A stretch of DNA of 63,655 nt, the filler included, from Asterionella formosa (Eukaryota): the NCBI GenBank assembly GCA_002256025.1. It is 18 parts of 18 records of this genome, joined end to end, with 100 filler letters (N's around TTAATTAATTAA, not from the genome) between each part and the next. Parts side by side here need not be neighbours in the genome. Positions count along the whole stretch, not along the records: positions 35,471 to 38,907 come from NKIB01014151.1; positions 39,008 to 42,444 come from NKIB01014152.1; positions 42,545 to 45,980 come from NKIB01014153.1; positions 46,081 to 49,519 come from NKIB01014154.1; 14 more parts are not named here. One strand, given 5' to 3'. Position numbers and translations under genes: made by a program. Under the pieces are notes generated by a model. The model had not been told where the DNA came from, ran no database searches, and saw only the letters and a list, made by a program, of their open reading frames with translations. Numbering within the stretch: position 1 is the first letter of the stretch; each line of letters begins with the position of its first letter. This document shows positions 38,388 through 48,440 of this stretch, in pieces.

Positions 38388-39009
38388 ATCGGCAGATGAA
38401 ATGTGTGAATCATATACACAAAGCCCCTTTCAACACCATATTGATTACTTATATGTATAGTCTATATACAATGCAGGGCATATGTCCAAACATATTATGA
38501 TGGACAAAAGTTTCGGCATCATGGTGATGACTGAAAATGAAGAAATTTACAGCCTGATATGTAGAACTCCACGACATCAGTTGTTGAGAAATTATTGCGG
38601 GAAATGGACAGGAGTCAAGAATTCTAAACACGAACGACATCATTCGAAACATACGCAAATTTTGTAGAAGAGTGCGCGACAAGAAAACAAAATATTTGTA
38701 ATTAATGAATTATATTTTTACATATATTTGTATATGCTTACATGTACATATACCGTATACTTCATTGTCCTGGACCCCCCCTATGGTTGCTGGACCCCCC
38801 TGTACATTTTTCTCGAGGTGGAACCAAACACCCAATAATTTTCTTGTCATAGACAAAGTAACGTGCCATAATTCTTTTTCTCCTCGTAGGCACTAGTATG
38901 TAATAATNNNNNNNNNNNNNNNNNNNNNNNNNNNNNNNNNNNNNNNNNNNNTTAATTAATTAANNNNNNNNNNNNNNNNNNNNNNNNNNNNNNNNNNNNN
39001 NNNNNNNAA

Positions 39010-40281
39010 ACTTCTGGCGCTGATGCATCCAATCTAGTGTGCAGTGTAGAACGATTCCATCCCAACCAGAACCTTGAAGGAACGGCCTCACGAGTACTCT
39101 TTTCCCTTCAGAGCAAGGACATTCAGGGTATAGTTGACACAGCTGGAAATCCGACCAACATGGTTGGAAAGTACAACTTGTCCTATGCAGACTTGCTTCA
39201 CAACGGATGTCTCGCTGCCACGAAATACCTTCGCCGAGACAAATTCAGCTCTAGTAACTCCATCAATTATGAAGCACCTTCCATGTTATTTGGTCGCAAA
39301 GATGCATGTCGTTATAAGTGGAAGGAAGGGAAGCGAAAGGCGCTTTGTGGTCCCACCGAGCTGCTGCCTGGCTTAGCCTTAACAACGAAGGAATCCAATG
39401 ATTGGTTCATTGATCGAGGCATGACTCCGTGTCAGTTTATGGCGTTGATGTGGACTCACAGTACATTGACCCACATGGCAGACAATGTGGGTAACACATG
39501 CCCACTGACAAAGCTTCCCTGTGGAGAAGAGTTAGATTACTTCACGGCCTTTCTACAGCCAGGTCAGCACCGTGTGGCAAGCGTTGATGCTATAGAAGAA
39601 GACAAAGAGGCTCCAAATTGCAATTGGACGATGGGGGACACTCCAGCTCGAAGCAGAGAACTTTCCCAACAACCGTTCGATCGCGGTCATCGAAGGCTGA
39701 CAAGATCAACACAGATATCTTCTACCATCGATGTTGAACGAAGCCTACAGATGCCGAAAGGTGCAGCTTCCACGAGCAAGAAACATGGTCCACAACATCA
39801 TCGGAACTTGGCAAAAGTAGCTAGTCACTCTCCTTCTCAAGGTGACAATGCACAGATGCCAGTTGTAAAAAAATTGAAAAAACGTCGCCCAAAGATTTCA
39901 GGAACCAGTGGAATTTTTGATGAACAACTGCCAACGATTTCAACAGGAGCCAATATGTCAGACGAACCTCAATATAATGGGGAAAGCAAACTGAAGACAT
40001 GGCCTCTGACGGCTATTGATTGCACCTTATCATTGGACGTGACATCGAGAGCCGCACGTGATAATCCGATGGATGAAAATCTCCGAGTCCTCAAGGATGT
40101 CATCCAGAATTTTCATATGAATTCTCCAGAACAGGTGTTGATTTGTGCCCTCCGCATGCTGGGGGGTAGAGGGGATTCACATGATTGTGACGACATTCCC
40201 GGCTCAAAATCTTGCACCGAAATAGGTACTGACAAGGTTTCAAATGACCATATGTTTGGCGGATACTATGGGCATCCTTAG
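39010..40281 (+). CDS. Heme peroxidase-like protein (peroxidase-catalase superfamily), 5'-partial
   Basis: GADAS..ERFHPNQNL, LSYADL, GRKDA, LP and F..RGMT..FMALMWTHS (proximal His), followed by a long Cys-containing, low-complexity C-terminal part. Confidence 0.65.
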   Translation, partial: TSGADASNLVCSVERFHPNQNLEGTASRVLFSLQSKDIQGIVDTAGNPTNMVGKYNLSYADLLHNGCLAATKYLRRDKFSSSNSINYEAPSMLFGRKDACRYKWKEGKRKALCGPTELLPGLALTTKESNDWFIDRGMTPCQFMALMWTHSTLTHMADNVGNTCPLTKLPCGEELDYFTAFLQPGQHRVASVDAIEEDKEAPNCNWTMGDTPARSRELSQQPFDRGHRRLTRSTQISSTIDVERSLQMPKGAASTSKKHGPQHHRNLAKVASHSPSQGDNAQMPVVKKLKKRRPKISGTSGIFDEQLPTISTGANMSDEPQYNGESKLKTWPLTAIDCTLSLDVTSRAARDNPMDENLRVLKDVIQNFHMNSPEQVLICALRMLGGRGDSHDCDDIPGSKSCTEIGTDKVSNDHMFGGYYGHP

Positions 40282-40875
40282 TGCTTGTCCCTTCCATTGC
40301 TATGAACATTAATAGAGTTTTTACTAAAAAGTGTGAATGGCAGTGTATCTAATTAATACACCATCAATGTAGGAACAGGCAAGGTTGTCTAGAGGTCAGG
40401 ATGCGAATTCACTTGCCAATGGATCTAATATTTATACACATGCTATCTGGAAATCGATGTTTCAAATACTAAAAAAATATTCAGGACACTAAGCTATAGA
40501 AAGTACTTTGCCATATGTACTGTACATAGTTCGCTGCATTCAGTAATCGCTAGCTGTTGTTTTCATTGATTTGGAATCAAACTTTCTCCAATAGTTCTTT
40601 GACTTCCGGATACTTGCGACTGTATTCAAAACTGTGATAAATTCAGGACCAGCATGATCCCTAAGAAATGCAAATAGAACATGCATGTAGCTACTAGCAA
40701 AAGGAATAGTCTCGATCACTAGTTGGATTGTCACGACCTCCATGCGAGTTGGAGTGAACAAACGAAAACTTGTTGAAAACTTCTCTGGGTTATTATCAAA
40801 CATCCAGACTCCACCCACAATCTCCCTACTCGATTATCACTCCTTGTGTTTGAAGAATTGCAAGGTGCAAACATC

Positions 40876-42045
40876 TCAAGGCGCCGAACTAATAGCGTCT
40901 CGCCTCAAACACTCATATCTTGTCCTTCGGTCCAGATCCAACTCAATCAATCGATCTAGACACTCCATAACCCCATCTTGGTTCTCTTCCATCCTCGATA
41001 GAACATTGTACAAACCCAACCAAATCCATTTGCTTTCCTTTTCATCTGCCACCAATTCCTGTATCATTTCCTTCTCTGCCACGAGCTGATCCTGTGACAA
41101 CAACCCTTGCGACAACAAATATTCCAAATACCACCATGCTGTTTGATCATCAGGCTCTGTAAATATGGCACTATGAATCAATTCCAATTCCTGTTGAATA
41201 ATCGTAGGCGTATAATTGTCTCCAATAATGCTCTGATGTTGCATAATAATGTATGGCAACAATTTGCTTCGATAATGAAAGGCCGATCCATTACTAAAGT
41301 TTTCATTGATTTTGGTGGTTGTAAATGTAAATTCCGACTGAATTAGAGATTGCAGTTGTTCCCTTTGTTCTTCGGAGATGTTGTAATTATTTTCTTCCAA
41401 CTTGGTCGATGGAGAATGTCCCACTTGACTACCCATCATGACTGTCGTGGCAGTGGTTGTTTTTGTCGTCCACCATGTCCATTCCCCACCACCACCACTA
41501 CTACTATCACCTAAGATAGCTGCACCATGGATTCCAATAATGAACCTTCGATAATTCCAACAATGAAAATTTCGTTCATCCAATAGTAAGAATTGTGTCG
41601 TCAAATCCAGTTCGTTATGTATTCGGTTCTGATCTGTATGACAATACGTTCCCATCAACCACTTTCTATGAAACCAAACACTGTATGCTTTTGGATTTCT
41701 TCCTAAGCATTGTTGTGTCAATGCCAATTCCTCGTCCAACATTGTAGTAGTCGTAGCAGTGGTATCTGTATCAACTGTTGTGTCTGATTTAGGATTCTCC
41801 AGCTGTTGCGGCGGAGGCAGTTCTGCTAGTAAAATATCCCTACGATGATTCCATAAATACATGGGATCTGGATTGACTAATACCAATTTGGACAATAAGT
41901 CAAGTCGATCCTTGTTGTTTTTCGTTGTTACAGAGACGATAAGTCCTGACAAATGAAACCATTGCGATGCTTTTGATTGCAATTTGGCAGCCAAAATGGG
42001 ATCACGAGTTTTCATTTTATACTCGTTTCGTTTTTGACCGTGCAT
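40876..42045 (-). CDS. RABGGTA: Rab geranylgeranyltransferase (type II) alpha subunit
   Basis: MHG start and PPTA repeats LWNHRR, NPKAYSVWFHRKW, DERNFHCWNYRR, NFSNGSAFHYRS, FTEPDDQTAWWY. Confidence 0.93.
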   Translation of the reverse strand: MHGQKRNEYKMKTRDPILAAKLQSKASQWFHLSGLIVSVTTKNNKDRLDLLSKLVLVNPDPMYLWNHRRDILLAELPPPQQLENPKSDTTVDTDTTATTTTMLDEELALTQQCLGRNPKAYSVWFHRKWLMGTYCHTDQNRIHNELDLTTQFLLLDERNFHCWNYRRFIIGIHGAAILGDSSSGGGGEWTWWTTKTTTATTVMMGSQVGHSPSTKLEENNYNISEEQREQLQSLIQSEFTFTTTKINENFSNGSAFHYRSKLLPYIIMQHQSIIGDNYTPTIIQQELELIHSAIFTEPDDQTAWWYLEYLLSQGLLSQDQLVAEKEMIQELVADEKESKWIWLGLYNVLSRMEENQDGVMECLDRLIELDLDRRTRYECLRRDAISSAP

Positions 42046-42544
42046 GATGATGATAGTTGGATGGATGGATGGATGGATTGATGATCAAAAGGAGTACTAA
42101 TGGATGGATAGTGCCAATGAGAGAGAGATAGTACCGGTAGATCGATTCAGTTGATGCAGTCAATCAGGGTTTGAAAATCATTTCTATTTTTATGTTCATG
42201 TGATGATTATTTTTGCTTTTGCTGCCGCCACCTGTCGTTCAGGGACGATCTGCTAATCATGTGGTATGTCAATGCTGTTGGTAGTTGCTAATTATTACCT
42301 GTAAATAAATCACCATTCTTTATTTGGAAGGCTACATAGAGAATGTGCGGAAATAAAAACATCTATGTTTCTTCTAATGTAGAAATGTCATTTATTATGC
42401 ATGCAGTACTGTTAGATAGACTCCACATACGGGAGGGCAGTACCNNNNNNNNNNNNNNNNNNNNNNNNNNNNNNNNNNNNNNNNNNNNTTAATTAATTAA
42501 NNNNNNNNNNNNNNNNNNNNNNNNNNNNNNNNNNNNNNNNNNNN

Positions 42545-43103
42545 CCCCACCATTCCGGAACGACATGGTCCAATCCTCCATTTAGGAGGGAAGGCACACG
42601 ATCGGCATCGTCCAGGAGGGCTGGCACTCCAAAGTTCTCAGCAATGCTTCGATCGAGCAACTCCGAGATGGGCCACCCAGCTGCAGCCTGTAGATCCCAG
42701 GGGAATGCAATAATGAGTCAAGCTTTGCTTCACGCAAGAAGCCCCTTCCTACTCCAGTACGTACCAGCATTGCAAGCCGGGCGTGCTTGACTTCGGCTTC
42801 TCGATAGTCCCAAAGTGCCTCCTTGTTCTGTGCAAAGTTCAAAGGATCGAAACCAAAATCTCCAGCAAGCTCTCCATCCAGCACTGGATTGCACTTGAGA
42901 AACGGAATAGCTTGGGACGTGACTGGTCCTCTCTTGGTGGGAGCACTGACGGTTATTGATGCCATGTCGACCATTCCAATTTTAGGCTCTTCCGTCATGC
43001 TTGAGGCCGCAAGGACCGAGCGAGCGCCGTGCCTTGTCGCAGGCACAACAAATGCAGTGGCAGAACCAGCGGCACAGCAAGCCATTAATACGTTCTTCAT
43101 CAT
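42545..43103 (-). CDS. Light-harvesting (fucoxanthin-chlorophyll) protein, 3'-truncated; intron 42764-42688
   Basis: SATAF-VVP presequence, [14 protein letters not shown] and [22 protein letters not shown] after GT-AG splicing. Confidence 0.93.
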
Positions 43104-43879
43104 GTTCAGTCGGGGATGAGTGGGTGTGGAAGGTTGTACCGGTATGCCAAGCGTCGAGCCCTCACAAATTTATTTCGAAAATGTGATTTTGTGATTGCAT
43201 TCTCATCGATACACCGCACGACTACTACATGTACCCGTACGGTACATGCTTGTAGGTACTACGTGAAATACACCCCCGCCTGCCTGCTTGGTGACCAATG
43301 CACTTTCTTGGGATGCAGACTGATCATCGAACCAACCACATCATCGGATCAAGAAAAGCGATCTGTTGGACGTCGACCCCTGACGTCACTTGGAGACAAC
43401 TCCGATCATCCTGACGTCGTCAGTACCGATACCAGGGACCTGCCTCATCATGGTGGTGCTGATGGAGGAATCTGAGACTCTTTGGCGGCGGCGCGTCGCA
43501 CGCGCTGTGATGGCTGAGCGACGTATCATCCGCAAAGTCTACTACTGGTAGTTAGTACGGTAGTCTACCAGAGTACATGTACCGGTATATATTCTTTTCT
43601 GTGTGAGAGAGCGTTTTTAAATTTCAGTACGTATTTGTTGGTGGATTAGTGCAGTAACTGGGACCAGGTACCTGGTACCAGGTACCAGGTACCGGTGCGG
43701 AGTTGGGTAAAAGGTAGTCTACCTACTACCTGGTACCGGTAGGCTACATGATTACGGTAACAATTGTGAAATGGAAACGCCAACAAGGCAGCAAAAGCAA
43801 AGGCGCAATGCGTCTACGGTCACATACATATACCGGTAGTCATGACAAGGTGTGTCAAGAGGTGGAATAGCCAGTAAGA

Positions 43880-45094
43880 ATGACGGGGCAAAATGAATCT
43901 GCATTCTTGAGATCATATTGCTTGGCATTCTGGACTTTGGTGGCACTGACATCAGGAGCTGCCCACACCTTTGCTTCCGCCTTTAGGCCGCCACTTCTTT
44001 GTCATCGGCACGGCCGCGCTGAACAGTCAATTGCAGGCTCGGAACATGAACCAAGGCATCCATGGATACTGCAGTCCACCCTCGGTGACTCGGCTTCGTC
44101 AAGGAGACTCTTTCTCAGCTTCGCTGCCACTGCCGCAGTCACTACGTTACTACCAGCCCCAGACGCACGCGCTGCAGCAATACCTTTGGCTACGCTGCCC
44201 CTTGCTGGAGAGAAACACAACATTAAAGGCAGCCCAACCACGCAGCAGGAATCCATTTCCGGATTTGTTGCCGGAGCATTATTGACAGCCACCAAGACAG
44301 TCGTCAAGTACCCCTTGGACACTGCCACGGTGCGACTGCAAATGCCGGAAACGACCTATTCCATTGCGAACTTGGCCAATTTGCTGGAGGGGAGTTTCCG
44401 GGGCATAGCAAGTCCACTCTTGTGGAACATCCCTGCCGGAGCGGTTTTCTTCGCCGTCAAGGATGCAACCAAGCAGTCGCTCTCCTTGCCAGCTTCCTGG
44501 GCAAACACCATGGTAGCAGTGGGAATCGCGCAATTTCCATATTGGCTGGTGAGAAATCCAAGTGAGGTTGTCAAAACGAAGCAGCAAGCAGGCATGGAAG
44601 GATACGACAATGTATCTTCTTGGGAAGCTTTCGGATTGGTCAAGGAACAGTCCTCCAGAAAAAACAACAATTCAACTGGACTTGAAGGATATTACGTTGG
44701 TTATTGGGAAAACATTGTGTATGCGTACCCCGCGGATGTCATCAAGTTTGTGCTTTACGAACAAATTACTGGATCTCGCAAAAATCTGCCTCCCCTTGAG
44801 TCGGCAGCTGCTGGAGCGATAGCAACGGCATTGTCGCAGTTTGCCACAACGCCATTGGATGTGGTCAGAAATCGTGTCATGGCTGGAACGCAAAAGGATA
44901 CCACTGCTGACGACAAGAATGATGAAGCATCCTATATTGATACTTTAATTACCCTGGCCAAGGAAGAAGGATTGAGGGGACTATTTGCTGGGGCAAGTCC
45001 ACGAGTTGGCAAAGCCATTTTGAGTGGAGCCATTCAATTTGCTACCTATGAAGAGACAAAGCAGCAATTTGCAAAGTACTTTCAGACACGATGA
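43880..45094 (+). CDS. Mitochondrial-carrier-family protein, S-adenosylmethionine-carrier-like, with a plastid presequence
   Basis: Three Px[DE]xx[KR] signatures (YPLDTATVRLQ, NPSEVVKTKQQ, TPLDVVRNR), a signal peptide and FASAF. Confidence 0.88.
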   Translation: MTGQNESAFLRSYCLAFWTLVALTSGAAHTFASAFRPPLLCHRHGRAEQSIAGSEHEPRHPWILQSTLGDSASSRRLFLSFAATAAVTTLLPAPDARAAAIPLATLPLAGEKHNIKGSPTTQQESISGFVAGALLTATKTVVKYPLDTATVRLQMPETTYSIANLANLLEGSFRGIASPLLWNIPAGAVFFAVKDATKQSLSLPASWANTMVAVGIAQFPYWLVRNPSEVVKTKQQAGMEGYDNVSSWEAFGLVKEQSSRKNNNSTGLEGYYVGYWENIVYAYPADVIKFVLYEQITGSRKNLPPLESAAAGAIATALSQFATTPLDVVRNRVMAGTQKDTTADDKNDEASYIDTLITLAKEEGLRGLFAGASPRVGKAILSGAIQFATYEETKQQFAKYFQTR

Positions 45095-45139
45095 GTGGTT
45101 TGTCACCATTTGGATATGGTTTTGTAATGTACTCTGCAA

Positions 45140-45980
45140 TCATTGCTCCGTTGGACAGTACTCCATCTGTACTTTCTTTCTTTCAATAAGATCAGTTATA
45201 TAAAAATACTTAATGTTGAATTGTTGCATGCATTTTCCCAAACTTGCTTTTCCATTTTCTTCCAGCTTCATTGAGCTAGTGCTGTCATGGTAGATCACAT
45301 TTATAGTCACTTTGTGTCCCTGTGCTTTGATAACCGGTTTTGTCCACAACACACCAACCGATTCTGCTTCAGTCAAACTTCTCATGATCACTTTCTGTTT
45401 CATAGACACAGAACAAAAAATTCCTTTTCCATATGACAATGTAGCTCTGCCAGTACAACTTTTAAAATCCTTGTGGACTGCAAATGCTGCATCAACATGC
45501 CATTTAATGCTCTGACTGTCATCGACACTCATGGAAGTCATTCTGACTTCTTGCTTTCAAGAAATTCATAATTTTGATTAATTTTAGTACCCAATTGCCT
45601 TCATTTCGTTCAGTAGCTCAGGTTGCCAAAAACATAATTCCTGATTGAATGGCCTGTCTTCCTCGCTTACAAAGGAACATTCCCTTCATAAGAACAAAAG
45701 TATGGAATACCTTTGTTGCCTTATCATCTTCTAGTTTATTCGATTTAGTATCAGCAATCAAACATAAGTCCGAACACAAGACGAAGAAAACGAGCGATGG
45801 TGCTGAGCAACAACAATGTGACAAAAGACCTGTTTCCATTTCCCAAAATATTAAGTGCTTGCCATATATTTCTCGAACTTTCAGATGCATCCTTTCTGTG
45901 ATGACAAGGAGAAACAAAAAATGCCTGCCTGTTTCTTCCAGAGAAACCGGCCCACAACAGAGTCCTTGTTATCTGGAAGC
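45140..45980 (-). pseudogene. Copia RT/RNase H remnant
   Basis: WHVDAAFAVHKDFKSCTG, RSLTEAESVGV, IYHDSTSSMKLEENGK, IKYFYITD..EYCPT. Confidence 0.88.
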
Positions 45981-46267
45981 NNNNNNNNNNNNNNNNNNNN
46001 NNNNNNNNNNNNNNNNNNNNNNNNTTAATTAATTAANNNNNNNNNNNNNNNNNNNNNNNNNNNNNNNNNNNNNNNNNNNNAATTATCACTCCACCATAGT
46101 AGTAGAAATGGAGGTATACCGCTACATGTAGTACAGGCGGCACTAATAGTAATAGTAGTATAGAGCAGAATCAATGTTTTCCTATCATCTATGATATGGC
46201 TTGCATTTGTAGAAGTCTCACACTTACTATAATTATTATGTAACTACTAAGTATGCATTGGATTCTA

Positions 46268-48106
46268 TTAGATCCATTCAAAATCAACATCGTCATCAAA
46301 GTCCCGTTGATTAATGCGGTCATTATAATCAATATTCCTTTCAGGAAAATTTGGTTGAAGTTATTCAACATATTGATGCATATCCTCTTTACTTACGTTG
46401 GGAAATGAGAAGTATGAGTGTGGGCAGATGATATTTGTGGTGGGAGTAGCAATTCCACTAGGATTCCTTCCATGTTCAGATCGATTCTTTTGTGAAAGTC
46501 CAGTGTAGATTTCCTTATAATAAACGAGTAAATCATCAGTCCATTGATCAGTGAGACCATTTGAAACTGAACTTTCTTCCCTCACACTATTTTTAATAAG
46601 TGGTTTCCCACCAATGTCGACAAAATCGGTAGAATGACGAATTTCGTTCTCTGAAATTTCATGCGTATCTGGATTGAAATCCAAATATTTTTGTTGCAAT
46701 CGGAATTTTCCTTTCAGCACCAAGAATCAAAATGCTTCTGTACTGGCATTGATCAGCGAACCAACAAAAAGTGATTGCAATTCACATTGTGCCCGAAGAC
46801 TTAGTTGAAATTTGGCTTGGTCACACCAGATTTGTCTCCTGTTAAAAATGGTTCTCCACGGCTTGTCCTGCCTATAAAATACACTGGAGCAAGAACATCA
46901 CGCCAGACATGGTATCCATGGCTTCCCCTGTCAATGTCCTTTGACTGCGCAAAACGATAAAGCGTCAACGCCCACCTAATAAAGTCATCAATATCCATAG
47001 TCTGGAATTCATATTCTGTTGGACCAGCTGGTGTGTCATGAATTATGTTAGCAATTTTAAATTGAGACATATTTGATAAGAATATAATCACCGACTCAAA
47101 ACATCATGCTTTCGGAGCATCTCCCTGCAAGAACTTACCTAAGATTCCTTTAAATTGATTATTCAATACATTCTGACATTCTCTTAACTTTTTTATGCAC
47201 ATGCCACCAAATGTTGATTTGATGTAATCTAAACGTGCCTTGTTGGTACGTTCAATGGTCTGATTCATTGGAAGTAGTGCATCAGAACCATTCGATATGA
47301 AATCGGCAAGCTCTGGGTCACTCTCCACTTCTTTGCCTAACTCCGGTTCCACTGTGTATAGCCGAGTTAGGCAACATTCCGCAAACCAATCCTGTTTGTG
47401 ATTGGAAATGCCTTTCATACTACTTGGACCAGATAGGGCGGGACGTTTGATTCTCTTTTGGGACCAGAACAAAGTAAATTTGATTGATATTCTGTTTTAC
47501 AGTACCTATTAATTCACGAACTATAACATCAAACTTACATGGTGTTCACAGCAAAACTTCTTGGTCTTGAAAATAAAACTCAACCTTTGTGACAATTGAT
47601 GGTTCAATTTTAGCTAAGCGAGAACGACGGCGTTCTGATAAGGCTGCTGAAATTGAAGAGTCTTGATAACCTCGTATGGACGAGTTTTGAACCGAATTAC
47701 GACCTTTGTAGTGATTGAGTTCATTGACCAATTGATAATATCCTTTGGCAAGTACAAAATTTTTATTATTCCTCAGGTTGTCATGTACTTGTTGGCCCGT
47801 GCGATTAGAAAATTTATGATATGGTACCATGTCATCCATCTGCATCCGGGAGTTATTAATGTCATCATCGACAGGAGCCATTTTTCTTGTATCAACAACT
47901 GAAGTAGAAACGTCATCATTGCTGTCAGTATCAATTACGGGATCCTTTGTACTAGTAGCTGATGGTGTCCCCATCGACGATGGGGTATTACCCCCAACGT
48001 CTCCCAATCGCCGATTGGGTTGCTTTGGATAATCGCCTATTCGCTTTTTCTTTGTAAACTCATTTTGGGACTTGCTTCTTTGTTCCATACTTGCAGTATT
48101 TACCAC
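46268..48106 (-). pseudogene. Interrupted long ORF of unknown, probably transposon-related function (copy at 49807-51645)
   Basis: Four consecutive ORF pieces separated by TGA codons and frameshifts. The STEAF*FLVL...W..D...YKEI segment resembles diatom transposon accessory proteins. Confidence 0.45.
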
Positions 48107-48138
48107 ATGTTGCTTGTTTCCATGAACCTCTTTATTAT

Positions 48139-48440
48139 ACGATCCTAAAACTATGATGATTTACTGTCCCGCTGCAGTAGCAGCAGTCATAGACATATGT
48201 TGTTATATTGCTTGCTTATTACTCCGACTACCACTTTTCAGTTTTACGATCATACGATCCTAAAACTATGATGATTTACTGTTCCAATGCAGTAGCAACA
48301 GTCCTGAACATATGGTGTTCTATTGGTTTTTAGTTTTACGATCATACTATCCTAAAACTATGATGATTTACTGTCCCACTGCAGTAGCAACAGTCCTGAA
48401 CATATGGTGTTCTGTTGCTAGTTTACTACTCCGACTACCC
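48139..48440. repeat. Three imperfect ~90-115 bp tandem units upstream of the ORF (copy at about 51678-51980)
   Basis: ATCCTAAAACTATGATGATTTACTGT(C/T)C..TGCAGTAGCA.CAGTC at about 48142, 48257 and 48348. Confidence 0.88.

Noticed and set aside
48139..48440. Repeat-spacer-like array
   Set aside because: The intervening segments are related to each other, so this is a degenerate tandem duplication.
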